Of a stretch of DNA of 33,954 nt, positions 16,328-24,696 are shown piece after piece. A program made the translations under genes and the position numbers. Source of the stretch: an uncultured Anaerolineales bacterium. GTDB taxonomy: Bacteria > Chloroflexota > Anaerolineae > UBA1429. The notes under the pieces are model-generated. The model did not search any database and had not been told where the DNA came from. It saw only the letters and a list, made by a program, of their open reading frames with translations. The DNA is taken from positions 1-33,954 of the forward strand of contig CAZTMY010000001.1 in the NCBI GenBank assembly GCA_964614895.1, given 5' to 3'. Position 1 is the first letter of the stretch; every line of letters begins with the position of its first letter.

Positions 16328-16521
16328 CTAGGGAATCCGCCCCTGTAGGCCACTCCCACGACGCCCAGCATCAAACCAGCGAACGATGCCATATACGTCA
16401 AGCCGTTGAGCGCAAACGTGGATGGCAAGATGTGCAACACCATCAGCAACGCCAACATGACGCTCAAGCACATGAGAACGATACCGACAATCAGATACAG
16501 GGAGCCCCTGGACGCTCTCAC
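16315..16521 (-). CDS. Hypothetical small membrane protein (two predicted TM helices)
   Basis: 68-aa ORF with LYLIVGIVLMCLSVMLALLMVLHIL and a second hydrophobic stretch. Its GTG start overlaps the upstream ATPase stop (GTGA, 16518-16521). It could instead be a chance ORF in the decayed region. Confidence 0.35.
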   Translation of the reverse strand: MRASRGSLYLIVGIVLMCLSVMLALLMVLHILPSTFALNGLTYMASFAGLMLGVVGVAYRGGFPRVRR

Positions 16522-17540
16522 TGGAAAAGCCAGCAGGCCGCCGTATGGTTCGGCTCAATCTCAAACTCGGGCGGCTGCTCGACGTCGCAGAGCCCCGCGA
16601 TCGCGCGGCTGCACCGGGGGTGGAATCGGCACCCGGCAGGCGGATGCACCAAGCTCGGTGGCTCGCCAGGCGGCACATCCTTGAATTTTAACGCGTTCTC
16701 TGGATCGGGGTCCGAGGTAGCCGCAAGAAGAGCCAGTGTGTAGGGATGGCTGGGATTCGCCAGGAGGTCGTCCACCTTGGCCTTTTCAACAATCTGCCCC
16801 GCGTACATTACAAAGATCCGCTCGGAAAAGTAGCGTACGGTGGACAGATCATGCGTGATATACATCACTGCGAGGCCGTGCGCTTCTTGCAGCGCGCGCA
16901 TCAGTCTGAGGATCTCCACGCGGATGGATGCGTCCAGCATCGACACAGGCTCGTCAGCCACCAGCATCTCGGGCTGCAGGATCATGGCGCGCGCGATTAC
17001 CACACGTTGCTGCTGACCCCCGCTCAGCATGTGCGGGAACTTGGTTATAAAGTCCTCAATCGGGGTGAGCTTGACCTCTTCAAGCGCCTGAACGATCCGC
17101 TCCTGCCGCTCCTCCTTGTCGCGCACACCATTGATGACCAGCGGCTCCTCTATGATTCGCGAGATCGTCATGAACGGCGGCAGAGCACCAAAAGGATCCT
17201 GCTGCACGTATCCCACGTGCGATCGGTACCACTGCATCTCTCGCGAGCCAAGCTCGCTTACATTGGTACCCTCAAAGACGATCTCGCCCTCCGTAGGGAG
17301 ATGCAGCCCAAGAATCGCCTTCATGAGCGTTGACTTGCCACAGCCACTCTCGCCCACCACCGCAATGGCCTCGCCATAGCCAAGATCAAAGCTCACACCG
17401 TCGACAGCGCGAACCGAACCCGCATGCCCAAAGCCCCAACGCCGAAGCTCAAACCAGATCCGTAGGTCCTTGACGGACAGCATCACTTCCTGGGTTCTGT
17501 CCGTTTCCACTCGCGACGAGGAGCTAGCTACCACATCCAT
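16518..17540 (-). CDS. Opp/Dpp-family ABC transporter ATP-binding protein (OppF/DppF-like)
   Basis: Walker A GESGCGKST, signature LSGGQQQRV, Walker B LVADEPVSMLD, and a Cys-rich oligo_HPY-type C-terminus (GCRFHPRC...C...ACW). I preferred the ATG at 17540 with an AGGAGA SD over the TTG at 17567. Confidence 0.9.
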   Translation of the reverse strand: MDVVASSSSRVETDRTQEVMLSVKDLRIWFELRRWGFGHAGSVRAVDGVSFDLGYGEAIAVVGESGCGKSTLMKAILGLHLPTEGEIVFEGTNVSELGSREMQWYRSHVGYVQQDPFGALPPFMTISRIIEEPLVINGVRDKEERQERIVQALEEVKLTPIEDFITKFPHMLSGGQQQRVVIARAMILQPEMLVADEPVSMLDASIRVEILRLMRALQEAHGLAVMYITHDLSTVRYFSERIFVMYAGQIVEKAKVDDLLANPSHPYTLALLAATSDPDPENALKFKDVPPGEPPSLVHPPAGCRFHPRCSRAIAGLCDVEQPPEFEIEPNHTAACWLFQ

Positions 17541-17622
17541 TAGGTTCTCCTGATCCCACACCCCCAACGCGCCTCAGACACGCTCGCGGCCCTGTCAGCA
17601 ATACCCGCTCCCAGGCCGTCGT

Positions 17623-18624
17623 CTACGCCCGCGCGGCCTGTTCTGCCGCTTCGTGCGTCTCCGCTCCGTCGTACAGCCAGCATCGCACCTCACGGCCATC
17701 GACCTCAAATACCGGCGGGTCCTCACTGCAGCGGTCATGACACATCGGACAACGAGGCGCGAACCGGCAGCCTGGCCCCAGCCCGAGCAAGCTCGGAGGC
17801 TGCCCAATGATGAACTCCGGCTCGACATCCCCGCGTAGGCGAGGCACACTGGCCATCAGCTTCTGCGAGTAGGGATGGAGCGGCTCGGTGAAGAAACGGA
17901 AGGCATCGCTCACCTCGACGATCTGCCCAGCGTACATCACCGCTACCTTGTCGGCCAGCTCGCTGGACGTAGCGATGTCGTGGGTGATCAGTATAAGGCT
18001 GGTCTCCATCTCGTCTTTGATACGCTTGAGCATATTCATGATGTTCGCCTGCGTAAGCACGTCCAGCGCGGACGTGGGCTCATCTAAAATGATGAGCGCC
18101 GGCGCCGTCACCAACGACATAGCGATGGCCACGCGCTGACGCATGCCGCCACTCAACTCAAAGGCATATCGCCGCATAAAGTCCAGTGGTACGCCCACAT
18201 GTTCAAACATCCGCTGCGCCTGCGCCAGGGCTTCTTCCTTGCCCACGCCATAGTGGACCATCATGGGCTCTGCAACCTGATCGCCCACCCGCAGTACGGG
18301 ATTCAGCGCGTTCATCGCTGCCTGCGGCACAAGGGACATCTTGACCCAACGCACCTGCCGTCGGAATGCTTCCTCATCCAGTTGCATCACGTCCGTGCCG
18401 TTGAGAAAGACCTCGCCTTCGTAGGTCTCCACATTCCTGGGAAGCAACCGCAACACGGCCTTGGCCAGGGAGCTCTTGCCACAACCTGACTCACCAATCA
18501 CCACGACGGCCTCGTTGTGCCCCAAGTTGAGCCGCACGCCGTCCACAGCCTGCACGATGCCCTGGGTAGTGCGGAAATACAGCTTCAGATCTCGCAGACG
18601 GAGCAGATTACCCTGTGCCATCAC
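17623..18624 (-). CDS. Opp/Dpp-family ABC transporter ATP-binding protein (OppD/DppD-like)
   Basis: Walker A GESGCGKSS, LSGGMRQRV, Walker B LILDEPTSALD, and C-terminal GCRFAPRCPMCHDRC...RCW. The start lies 1 nt after the upstream permease stop. Confidence 0.9.
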   Translation of the reverse strand: MMAQGNLLRLRDLKLYFRTTQGIVQAVDGVRLNLGHNEAVVVIGESGCGKSSLAKAVLRLLPRNVETYEGEVFLNGTDVMQLDEEAFRRQVRWVKMSLVPQAAMNALNPVLRVGDQVAEPMMVHYGVGKEEALAQAQRMFEHVGVPLDFMRRYAFELSGGMRQRVAIAMSLVTAPALIILDEPTSALDVLTQANIMNMLKRIKDEMETSLILITHDIATSSELADKVAVMYAGQIVEVSDAFRFFTEPLHPYSQKLMASVPRLRGDVEPEFIIGQPPSLLGLGPGCRFAPRCPMCHDRCSEDPPVFEVDGREVRCWLYDGAETHEAAEQAARA

Positions 18625-18625
18625 G

Positions 18626-19969
18626 CTACAGACCCCTCAACCTAGGGTTAAAGACACGATCTAACGAAAAGCCCACCATCGCGAACGACAGGCCCACCAC
18701 CATCAAGAGCGCGGCCGGCTGTAGGACCCAGTAGTACTGCCCGTTGTGCAACGCTCCCTGGGCCCGCGCATCCTCGATGACCTTACCCCAGGTAGGCAGC
18801 ACCGGATCGCCCAAGCCCAGCAGCGTCAGCGACGCCTCCAGGAACACATACACCGGCACACCACTCACTAGCGAGGGGATCATCACCGGGATGATCCGCG
18901 GAACCAGGTACCGCACGATGATCCGCCCGTTGCTGGCGCCGTAGGCTCTAGCAGCCTCGATGTAGGGCGCCTCTCGCACCTGGAGGAAAATGGCCCGAAA
19001 AGTCTTGATAGAGCCGCCAAAGATGCTCAGAGCAATCACGCCACCCAGCATGATCCAGATGCTGCGCGAATAGAACGTTCCTACCATGATGAGAATGGGT
19101 AACACCGGCAATACCATGTTGATCTCGGTGATGCGCTGGACGATCGCATCCACCCAGCCACCAAACCAGACCCCCACAGCGGCCACCAACATTGTCGTGA
19201 GCGTCGTGCCGAGAGCCGCGAGCAGGCCAAAGGCTAACGCGATGGGTGTTCCCCACTCCAGGGCCACCATCAGGTCGCGGCGGCGATGATCGGTTCCCGC
19301 TAGGCCATGCACCTGTCCGTAAGCAACCCACTTGGCCTCTACATCGGCATCGGGCTCAAAGGTCGTCACCCGGATCTCTAGCTCGTACGTGCCCTTCAAG
19401 GGCGTCGGCGTCTCGGATTCTGGATCAGCAAAGAGCGCTATCTGCGGAGGCACGTCTCCCAGCCGCCGCGCGAGGCGGTCATCCAGAGCCGGGCGGTAGG
19501 TCTCTGTAGGACGGAGGGACAACCGCCCCAGCCTGATCTCCCGCCCGTCCGGAGTATGCCACATCAAAGACGCATACGGCGACTTTTCGTCATAGGTGGT
19601 CTGAAAGAAGACGGCCAGCTCCTGTGGGAAATCATCGTACTGGTAGTCAAACGTATACACCAAGGTGATATCCTGACCGTCCTCCATGAGCGGCTCCGTC
19701 GTCTTGACGGCCTCGCCCTTGAGACTATCGAGGACGATGGTCGGCGGCAGCTTGTAACGTGAGAATAGGTTGTACCAGATGGGCCGCGCCGTCTTGGGGT
19801 ACTCGCCCCAGACATCCTCGCCGCCGCGCCACAGACGGATCGCCTCGCTGTAAGGCAACGTCACCACAGTATAGATGCCGAACACTACAAAGAGTCCGAT
19901 GATCGTCAAGCCAATGATAGCCGAGGGGTAGCGACTGATCTGACGAATGTTATTCCAGAGATTCCTCAT
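18626..19969 (-). CDS. Opp/Dpp-family ABC permease (OppC/DppC-like) with a long extracytoplasmic N-terminal loop
   Basis: TM1 is followed by about 200 aa of hydrophilic sequence, then a BPD-transporter core with the EAA-like motif (REAPYIEAARAYGASNGRII.RYL.P). Confidence 0.85.
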   Translation of the reverse strand: MRNLWNNIRQISRYPSAIIGLTIIGLFVVFGIYTVVTLPYSEAIRLWRGGEDVWGEYPKTARPIWYNLFSRYKLPPTIVLDSLKGEAVKTTEPLMEDGQDITLVYTFDYQYDDFPQELAVFFQTTYDEKSPYASLMWHTPDGREIRLGRLSLRPTETYRPALDDRLARRLGDVPPQIALFADPESETPTPLKGTYELEIRVTTFEPDADVEAKWVAYGQVHGLAGTDHRRRDLMVALEWGTPIALAFGLLAALGTTLTTMLVAAVGVWFGGWVDAIVQRITEINMVLPVLPILIMVGTFYSRSIWIMLGGVIALSIFGGSIKTFRAIFLQVREAPYIEAARAYGASNGRIIVRYLVPRIIPVMIPSLVSGVPVYVFLEASLTLLGLGDPVLPTWGKVIEDARAQGALHNGQYYWVLQPAALLMVVGLSFAMVGFSLDRVFNPRLRGL

Positions 19970-19983
19970 TGTACCCTCAGCCT

Positions 19984-21111
19984 TTAGCTACCAACTCGGA
20001 CACGCGGGTCAACCAGCGCGTAGATAAAGTCCAGCAGGAACACGGTGATCGCCAACAAGTAGGCATAAATCACGGTTGACCCCACAATCACGGGCGTATC
20101 GTACAAGTGGATAGCCGAATAAAGCAACCTACCTAGGCCTGGCCAGTTAAAGACCGTCTCCAAGATGATGGCCCCGGTCCATAGGCCGATCAGCAGCAGC
20201 GCAAAGTTGGTGATGATATTGGGGAGCGTTGGCCGCAAGATGTACCGCCGCTCGATCTCGCGCGACGGCAGCCCCTTGGCCTTGGCCATCTCCACATAGT
20301 CCTCACTGGAGAAGATCAAGAAAAAGGTGCGCCAGGCATACACTCCACTAAAGACCCCGCTCAACAGCCACGCCGTCACCGGTAACACCAGGTGATACAG
20401 GACGCTGACACCGTACGCGAGTTTGTTATCAGGAGGCGGGGCCACCACCATCCCACCGAACGGGAACACGTTCCACTTGGCAGCAAAGATAAGCAGCAAG
20501 AAGATGCCATAGAACCATGCCGGAGCCGAGGACAGGGGTGACAGCGCGATAACCATACGGTCGAGGAACGTGCCGTACTTGCGTGAAAGATAGAGAGCAA
20601 AGAAAACGCTCAACACAAAGAGTAGCAGGTTTGACGTTGCCATGAGCAGCAGCGTTGCTGGAAGCCGCTCGAGGATGATCAGGCGCACGAGCCGAGATCC
20701 GCTATCGCTGGAGATCTGCTCGGCGCGCCCCAGGTCTAGGCGCAGCGCATCTCCCAAGAAGCCAAAGCTGCGCACGATAAAGGGCCGGTTCAATCCCAGA
20801 CGCTGTTCCTCTACCGCCACGATCTGGTTGATCATGCTCGTGCGCTGATCCGCGTCGAGATGTTTGAACTCCGGGTCCGCGCTCATCCTGAGAGCCACTT
20901 CCTCGCGAATCTGACCGCGACGGATATCGTCTACATATCCACCCATGTTGGCGATGAGGATCGTCAGGTACACGCCCACCACCACGGTGAAAAACAGCGC
21001 CACTGTCCTGGTGGCCGTGTACTTGAGGACCCTCGAAACCGTGCTGCTCCCGCGGCGTTCCCTCCGCGACGGTACGGCAGCTTCGCCCACAGCACCTGTC
21101 ACATCGGTCAT
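19984..21111 (-). CDS. Opp/Dpp-family ABC permease (OppB/DppB-like)
   Basis: Typical OppB layout: an N-terminal TM helix, a GLNRPF-type loop, and an EAA motif (EDYVEMAKAKGLPSREI.RRYILR). I chose the ATG at 21111 over the longer start at 21186. Confidence 0.85.
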   Translation of the reverse strand: MTDVTGAVGEAAVPSRRERRGSSTVSRVLKYTATRTVALFFTVVVGVYLTILIANMGGYVDDIRRGQIREEVALRMSADPEFKHLDADQRTSMINQIVAVEEQRLGLNRPFIVRSFGFLGDALRLDLGRAEQISSDSGSRLVRLIILERLPATLLLMATSNLLLFVLSVFFALYLSRKYGTFLDRMVIALSPLSSAPAWFYGIFLLLIFAAKWNVFPFGGMVVAPPPDNKLAYGVSVLYHLVLPVTAWLLSGVFSGVYAWRTFFLIFSSEDYVEMAKAKGLPSREIERRYILRPTLPNIITNFALLLIGLWTGAIILETVFNWPGLGRLLYSAIHLYDTPVIVGSTVIYAYLLAITVFLLDFIYALVDPRVRVGS

Positions 21112-21285
21112 GTTTGTCTCACTCTCACAAAAAGCGCTCTCTACCACCCTATCAGCCCGGTCTACTGGGCCGAGGCCTGACCTCAATCCGTGAGCCTACA
21201 GCAATCAGCACAACGTATCCGTTCAGCACTCCGGAGGGACACGACGTGTCGTGTCCCTCCGGCGCAACTCTCGGTCTCGTACCAG

Positions 21286-23886
21286 TTACTGGGTCACAAA
21301 CAGGAGAGCGTCAGTGCTGGGCACTGCCACCCGCTTGGACACCACCACCACCTCGAGCCGGTTCGAGCCAGCGGCGAGGCCACTAGTTAGGTCGGCGTCC
21401 AATACGATCTCATACAAGCCTTCTCCAGCAGCCTCGGCGTCACCCACGACAGCGAGTTCGCCCGTCGCGTCAAACACCAGGTAGCGCACTTGCTCAATGT
21501 CGTCTGACGGATACGGCTTGCCCTTAAAGTCCACGTACACATCATAGACGGCCTCGGACCCGATGGCCACGCGGTCGGGGCCATCCACCATGACCTCCGC
21601 CAACATGGGCTCGGCAAAGCCAGTCCACTTTTCAGAAAGATCGGGATACATGGCATTCCGCTTCAACGAGACCGTGCCTTCCACGGGATAGGCGCGATCC
21701 AGATAGAGTGGGCCAGTGCCGACCCAGAAGTGTCCGTGTTCCTCGTACCAGTTGCTCAGATTGCCGTACCGAGCCTTGGCCTCCGCCTCACTGACGTACT
21801 CGCTCATCGTCGGCGCGAATGGCACAAACCCTTCCGCGACCGCCTCGTCGAGTTGCGCCTTCAGCACATCGATGGTCGGACCAGCGATGTAGCTCAGCCA
21901 CTCGGCCTCGAGCGCGTCCGCCTTGGAGGAGCTAAAGGCCGCCTCGCCCTTTTCCTCGGCCATCAAGCCCAAGGCTAGAGTATGCCAGGAGCCCTGCCCC
22001 TGATCATAGTACGGCCACCAGAAGTCCGGACATAGCTCCGCATCCAGGTTGTAGAGGTCGCTGTAGGTCTCGATGACCAGCGGATCCGTGGAGACTATGC
22101 GCACGCCGCGGAAAGCGGACATGAACGCCTGATAGTCAGCTACGGCCGACTCGTCATAGTACGGGCTGGCCTCTTTGGCCCGATCAAATGTGAGGATCAT
22201 GTACATCAGGACGTCGCCAATGGAAAAGTTCGACCCGTCATGCCACTTGACGGTCTCATAAAGATCGTCCGGGTAGTAGACGGTGCTCTTGCGAGCGACG
22301 GTCTGCGTCTCCGTATACTTTTCGCCGGCGGTGATAAAGCGCTGCTCTACTGGATCCCAGTCTGCCCAGGCATCGTCAGGCACGACGATCTCCGGAGCAA
22401 ATTCCACATTGACCCAATCGAGCGTCTTGCCAACCGGGAGCCCCTCCTTGACCACGACGTCGGCCTTTTCCACGCGCTGTGCCCAGTAGAGACCGGTGTA
22501 CGGATCGGGCATGTAGGCCCTCTCGCCGGTGCCGCGGATCAGCATCATGTCATAGATCCAGTTGCTGCCGGCGATGGGGTTCCAAGGCTCTGGCAAGATG
22601 CTGGGCATGGCGATAGTCACTCTGCCGCCCACTTCGCCCTCGCGCTGGAGGGTGAATGCCCACAGCCATGAACCGCTGATGGCACCGTACAGGTCCGCGC
22701 CGACCTTGATCTCCTTACGGAAGGGGGAGATGCTAGCGCGGTCGCAGAGCCAAACGCGCGCCGAGTCCTTCATGGACATCTCGAGCGCCTGGGCCATCAT
22801 GTCACGGCGTTCTTCCAACGTGCTATAGTCGCGGTTGAGCAGACGCTCAGCCAGCTTGTAGAACTCGGGGGTGTTCTTGTAGGCCTGCCACAGCGGCCAC
22901 GGGATACCCATGTCGGTGTAAAAGAAGGCAAAGTTATCGCCCAAGTCCCGCGGCACGACGGTGGTGATCCAGCCGCCGGTGTAGACATGCCACAATCCAT
23001 CATTTGGATCGCTCTGCACCCAAAGGGGCGAGGCCTCAGCGGACGTCTTATAGTCGCGCGTCACGGTAAAGCCAATGTCTTCCAATTGGTTCGATACATA
23101 GTCGCCGATATCGCGGCGCTCATCCTCGGTACGGATGAGAACGATGAGCTCGACCGGCTCGCCGTTGTACTGCCACTTGCCGTCGACCATCTCGGCGCCC
23201 AGCGCAACCATCTCTTCACCGATGATCTCGGCAGCTCGGTCCTTGTTATAGGCGTACTGCAGCTCGAGCTTGCGAGCTACGTCCGCCAGCTTGGCATAGT
23301 CGTTGGAGGCTTTGTTGAAAGGCAACCAACGCGGCTCCGCCAACCCGCCCATGATCTCATCGACCACATACTCGCGATCAATTAGATAGTTCATGGCCTC
23401 GCGGATCCGAGGGATCGCAAACGGGTTCAGCTTGCCGGTGCCAGAAAACACGGGCCCGGCAACGTTGAAGGTCAGCTCGTTGTAAGAGCCGAATGACTGT
23501 GCATAGTCAAGGTTCGGCGATTCCTCGACCTTGGCCAGAACCTCGGGGTTCGACACGGTAAAGGCATAGACGTCAATATCGCCGCTTTCCATACGCGTGA
23601 CGGCCGCGTCCGCCGAGGGCTCCTCGACGGCCACGACTTCGTCCACCCACGCGCCAGTCAGCTTACGAGCGACCTCTTTCTCGACCTCGACCTCTTTCTC
23701 GACGACGACCGTCTCTTTGACGACCTTCTCGACCTCGACTGTCTTCTCGACCGGGACCTCTTTCTCCACCACCACCGTCTCTTTGATCACTTCGGGTGTG
23801 GGGGCCGCGCAGGCCGAAAGCACCATGGCAGCCGTGACCACTATGGTCAATACGGCCGCCCACCGCTTGCTTCTTCCGATCATCAT
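21286..23886 (-). CDS. Family 5 (peptide/oligosaccharide) ABC substrate-binding lipoprotein, unusually large (about 866 aa)
   Basis: MMIGRSKRWAAVLTIVVTAAMVLSAC is a signal peptide plus lipobox Cys. A VEKE-rich linker follows, then an SBP_bac_5-like core with insertions and an extra C-terminal beta-rich segment of about 130 aa. GAGGAGAAG SD lies directly upstream of the ATG at 23886. Confidence 0.8.
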   Translation of the reverse strand: MMIGRSKRWAAVLTIVVTAAMVLSACAAPTPEVIKETVVVEKEVPVEKTVEVEKVVKETVVVEKEVEVEKEVARKLTGAWVDEVVAVEEPSADAAVTRMESGDIDVYAFTVSNPEVLAKVEESPNLDYAQSFGSYNELTFNVAGPVFSGTGKLNPFAIPRIREAMNYLIDREYVVDEIMGGLAEPRWLPFNKASNDYAKLADVARKLELQYAYNKDRAAEIIGEEMVALGAEMVDGKWQYNGEPVELIVLIRTEDERRDIGDYVSNQLEDIGFTVTRDYKTSAEASPLWVQSDPNDGLWHVYTGGWITTVVPRDLGDNFAFFYTDMGIPWPLWQAYKNTPEFYKLAERLLNRDYSTLEERRDMMAQALEMSMKDSARVWLCDRASISPFRKEIKVGADLYGAISGSWLWAFTLQREGEVGGRVTIAMPSILPEPWNPIAGSNWIYDMMLIRGTGERAYMPDPYTGLYWAQRVEKADVVVKEGLPVGKTLDWVNVEFAPEIVVPDDAWADWDPVEQRFITAGEKYTETQTVARKSTVYYPDDLYETVKWHDGSNFSIGDVLMYMILTFDRAKEASPYYDESAVADYQAFMSAFRGVRIVSTDPLVIETYSDLYNLDAELCPDFWWPYYDQGQGSWHTLALGLMAEEKGEAAFSSSKADALEAEWLSYIAGPTIDVLKAQLDEAVAEGFVPFAPTMSEYVSEAEAKARYGNLSNWYEEHGHFWVGTGPLYLDRAYPVEGTVSLKRNAMYPDLSEKWTGFAEPMLAEVMVDGPDRVAIGSEAVYDVYVDFKGKPYPSDDIEQVRYLVFDATGELAVVGDAEAAGEGLYEIVLDADLTSGLAAGSNRLEVVVVSKRVAVPSTDALLFVTQ
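23650..23800 (-). repeat. In-frame imperfect tandem repeats encoding the (V/E/K/T)-rich linker of the SBP
   Basis: GACCTCTTTCTCGAC occurs at 23671-23685 and 23689-23703 (18-nt period). ACCGTCTCTTTGA(C/T) occurs at 23708 and 23774 (66-nt period). The protein reads KETVVVEKEVPVEKTVEVEKVVKETVVVEKEVEVEKEV. Confidence 0.7.
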
Positions 23887-24696
23887 CTTCTCCTCACATG
23901 TGTAGAGACGCCAACAGCGTGTTAACCGTGCGGATGCGGCATTCCGCTGGTCGAGGCCAGACAGCACGTCTGCAGAGCCGCGTGACCACCTCCTCAGATC
24001 TCTGCACGCTAGACGGCTAGCTGCCCGAGCCGCCGATTACCCGCAAATCCCTCGTGAGAGACATCTGCGCGTCCGGCCGCCGTGGGAAGCTTGGGTTCGG
24101 CCCACAAATCAGAGCCCGAGACCCAACCGTCCGTTACACTCATGTCACATGCCATAAAACGGTACGATACGCTGAGAATAATACACCATAGGGGAATTGT
24201 CAAGGGACCCCTGTGGCTGCGCCAGTTCTTGGGTCTCAGGTATATCCTGACGCAGCGATGTGAAGAGATCCTAAGCCCCTTCAATCGCCATGAGATCAAT
24301 GGCCCTGCGGTCAGGAAGAGCAACCGGAGCAAGGTCATCCTCCGAACCAAGTATGGCTATTGAAAAATGGGGAATCTAGGGCTCCAGATCCTGATGACCA
24401 ACCGCCCAACTATACTGAGGCACCGTACTAGCACCACACTTCTCGACATAGAGCCCTCCCTCTACGCCACTTGGCGAAGCACATGCCGTTTGGCGCGCCA
24501 CGCCCTGCAGGCAGACAGTCTCGACACGAACTTGCTGTACGGGCCGCACCGTTTCTGGTAGGATGACTGTCAAATGAAATACGTTCCGCCATACGCGCAT
24601 AGTAGCCCATGCTGTGGGCGCCCACCCGGCAGGAGAGGCCTCAAAGGGCATTCCTTCGCTTTGGTGTCCGCTGCTAGGTAACCTCGAGGAGGCCAC

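Noticed and set aside
23650-23800. Short direct repeats that could suggest a CRISPR or minisatellite array
   Set aside because: The periods (18 and 66 nt) are multiples of three, lie inside a continuous ORF and have no unique spacers of CRISPR size. No cas genes are present in the window.
23597-23905. 102-aa + strand ORF rich in T/S/F repeats (TSFSTSTSFSTTTVS...)
   Set aside because: It is the antisense reading of the VEKE-repeat linker of the SBP gene. The low complexity is a by-product of the coding repeat on the other strand.
24086-24112. GGGTTCGGCCCAC resembling a tRNA T-arm
   Set aside because: It does not match the GGTTCGAATCC-type T-loop. I could fold no acceptor or anticodon stems from the flanks.
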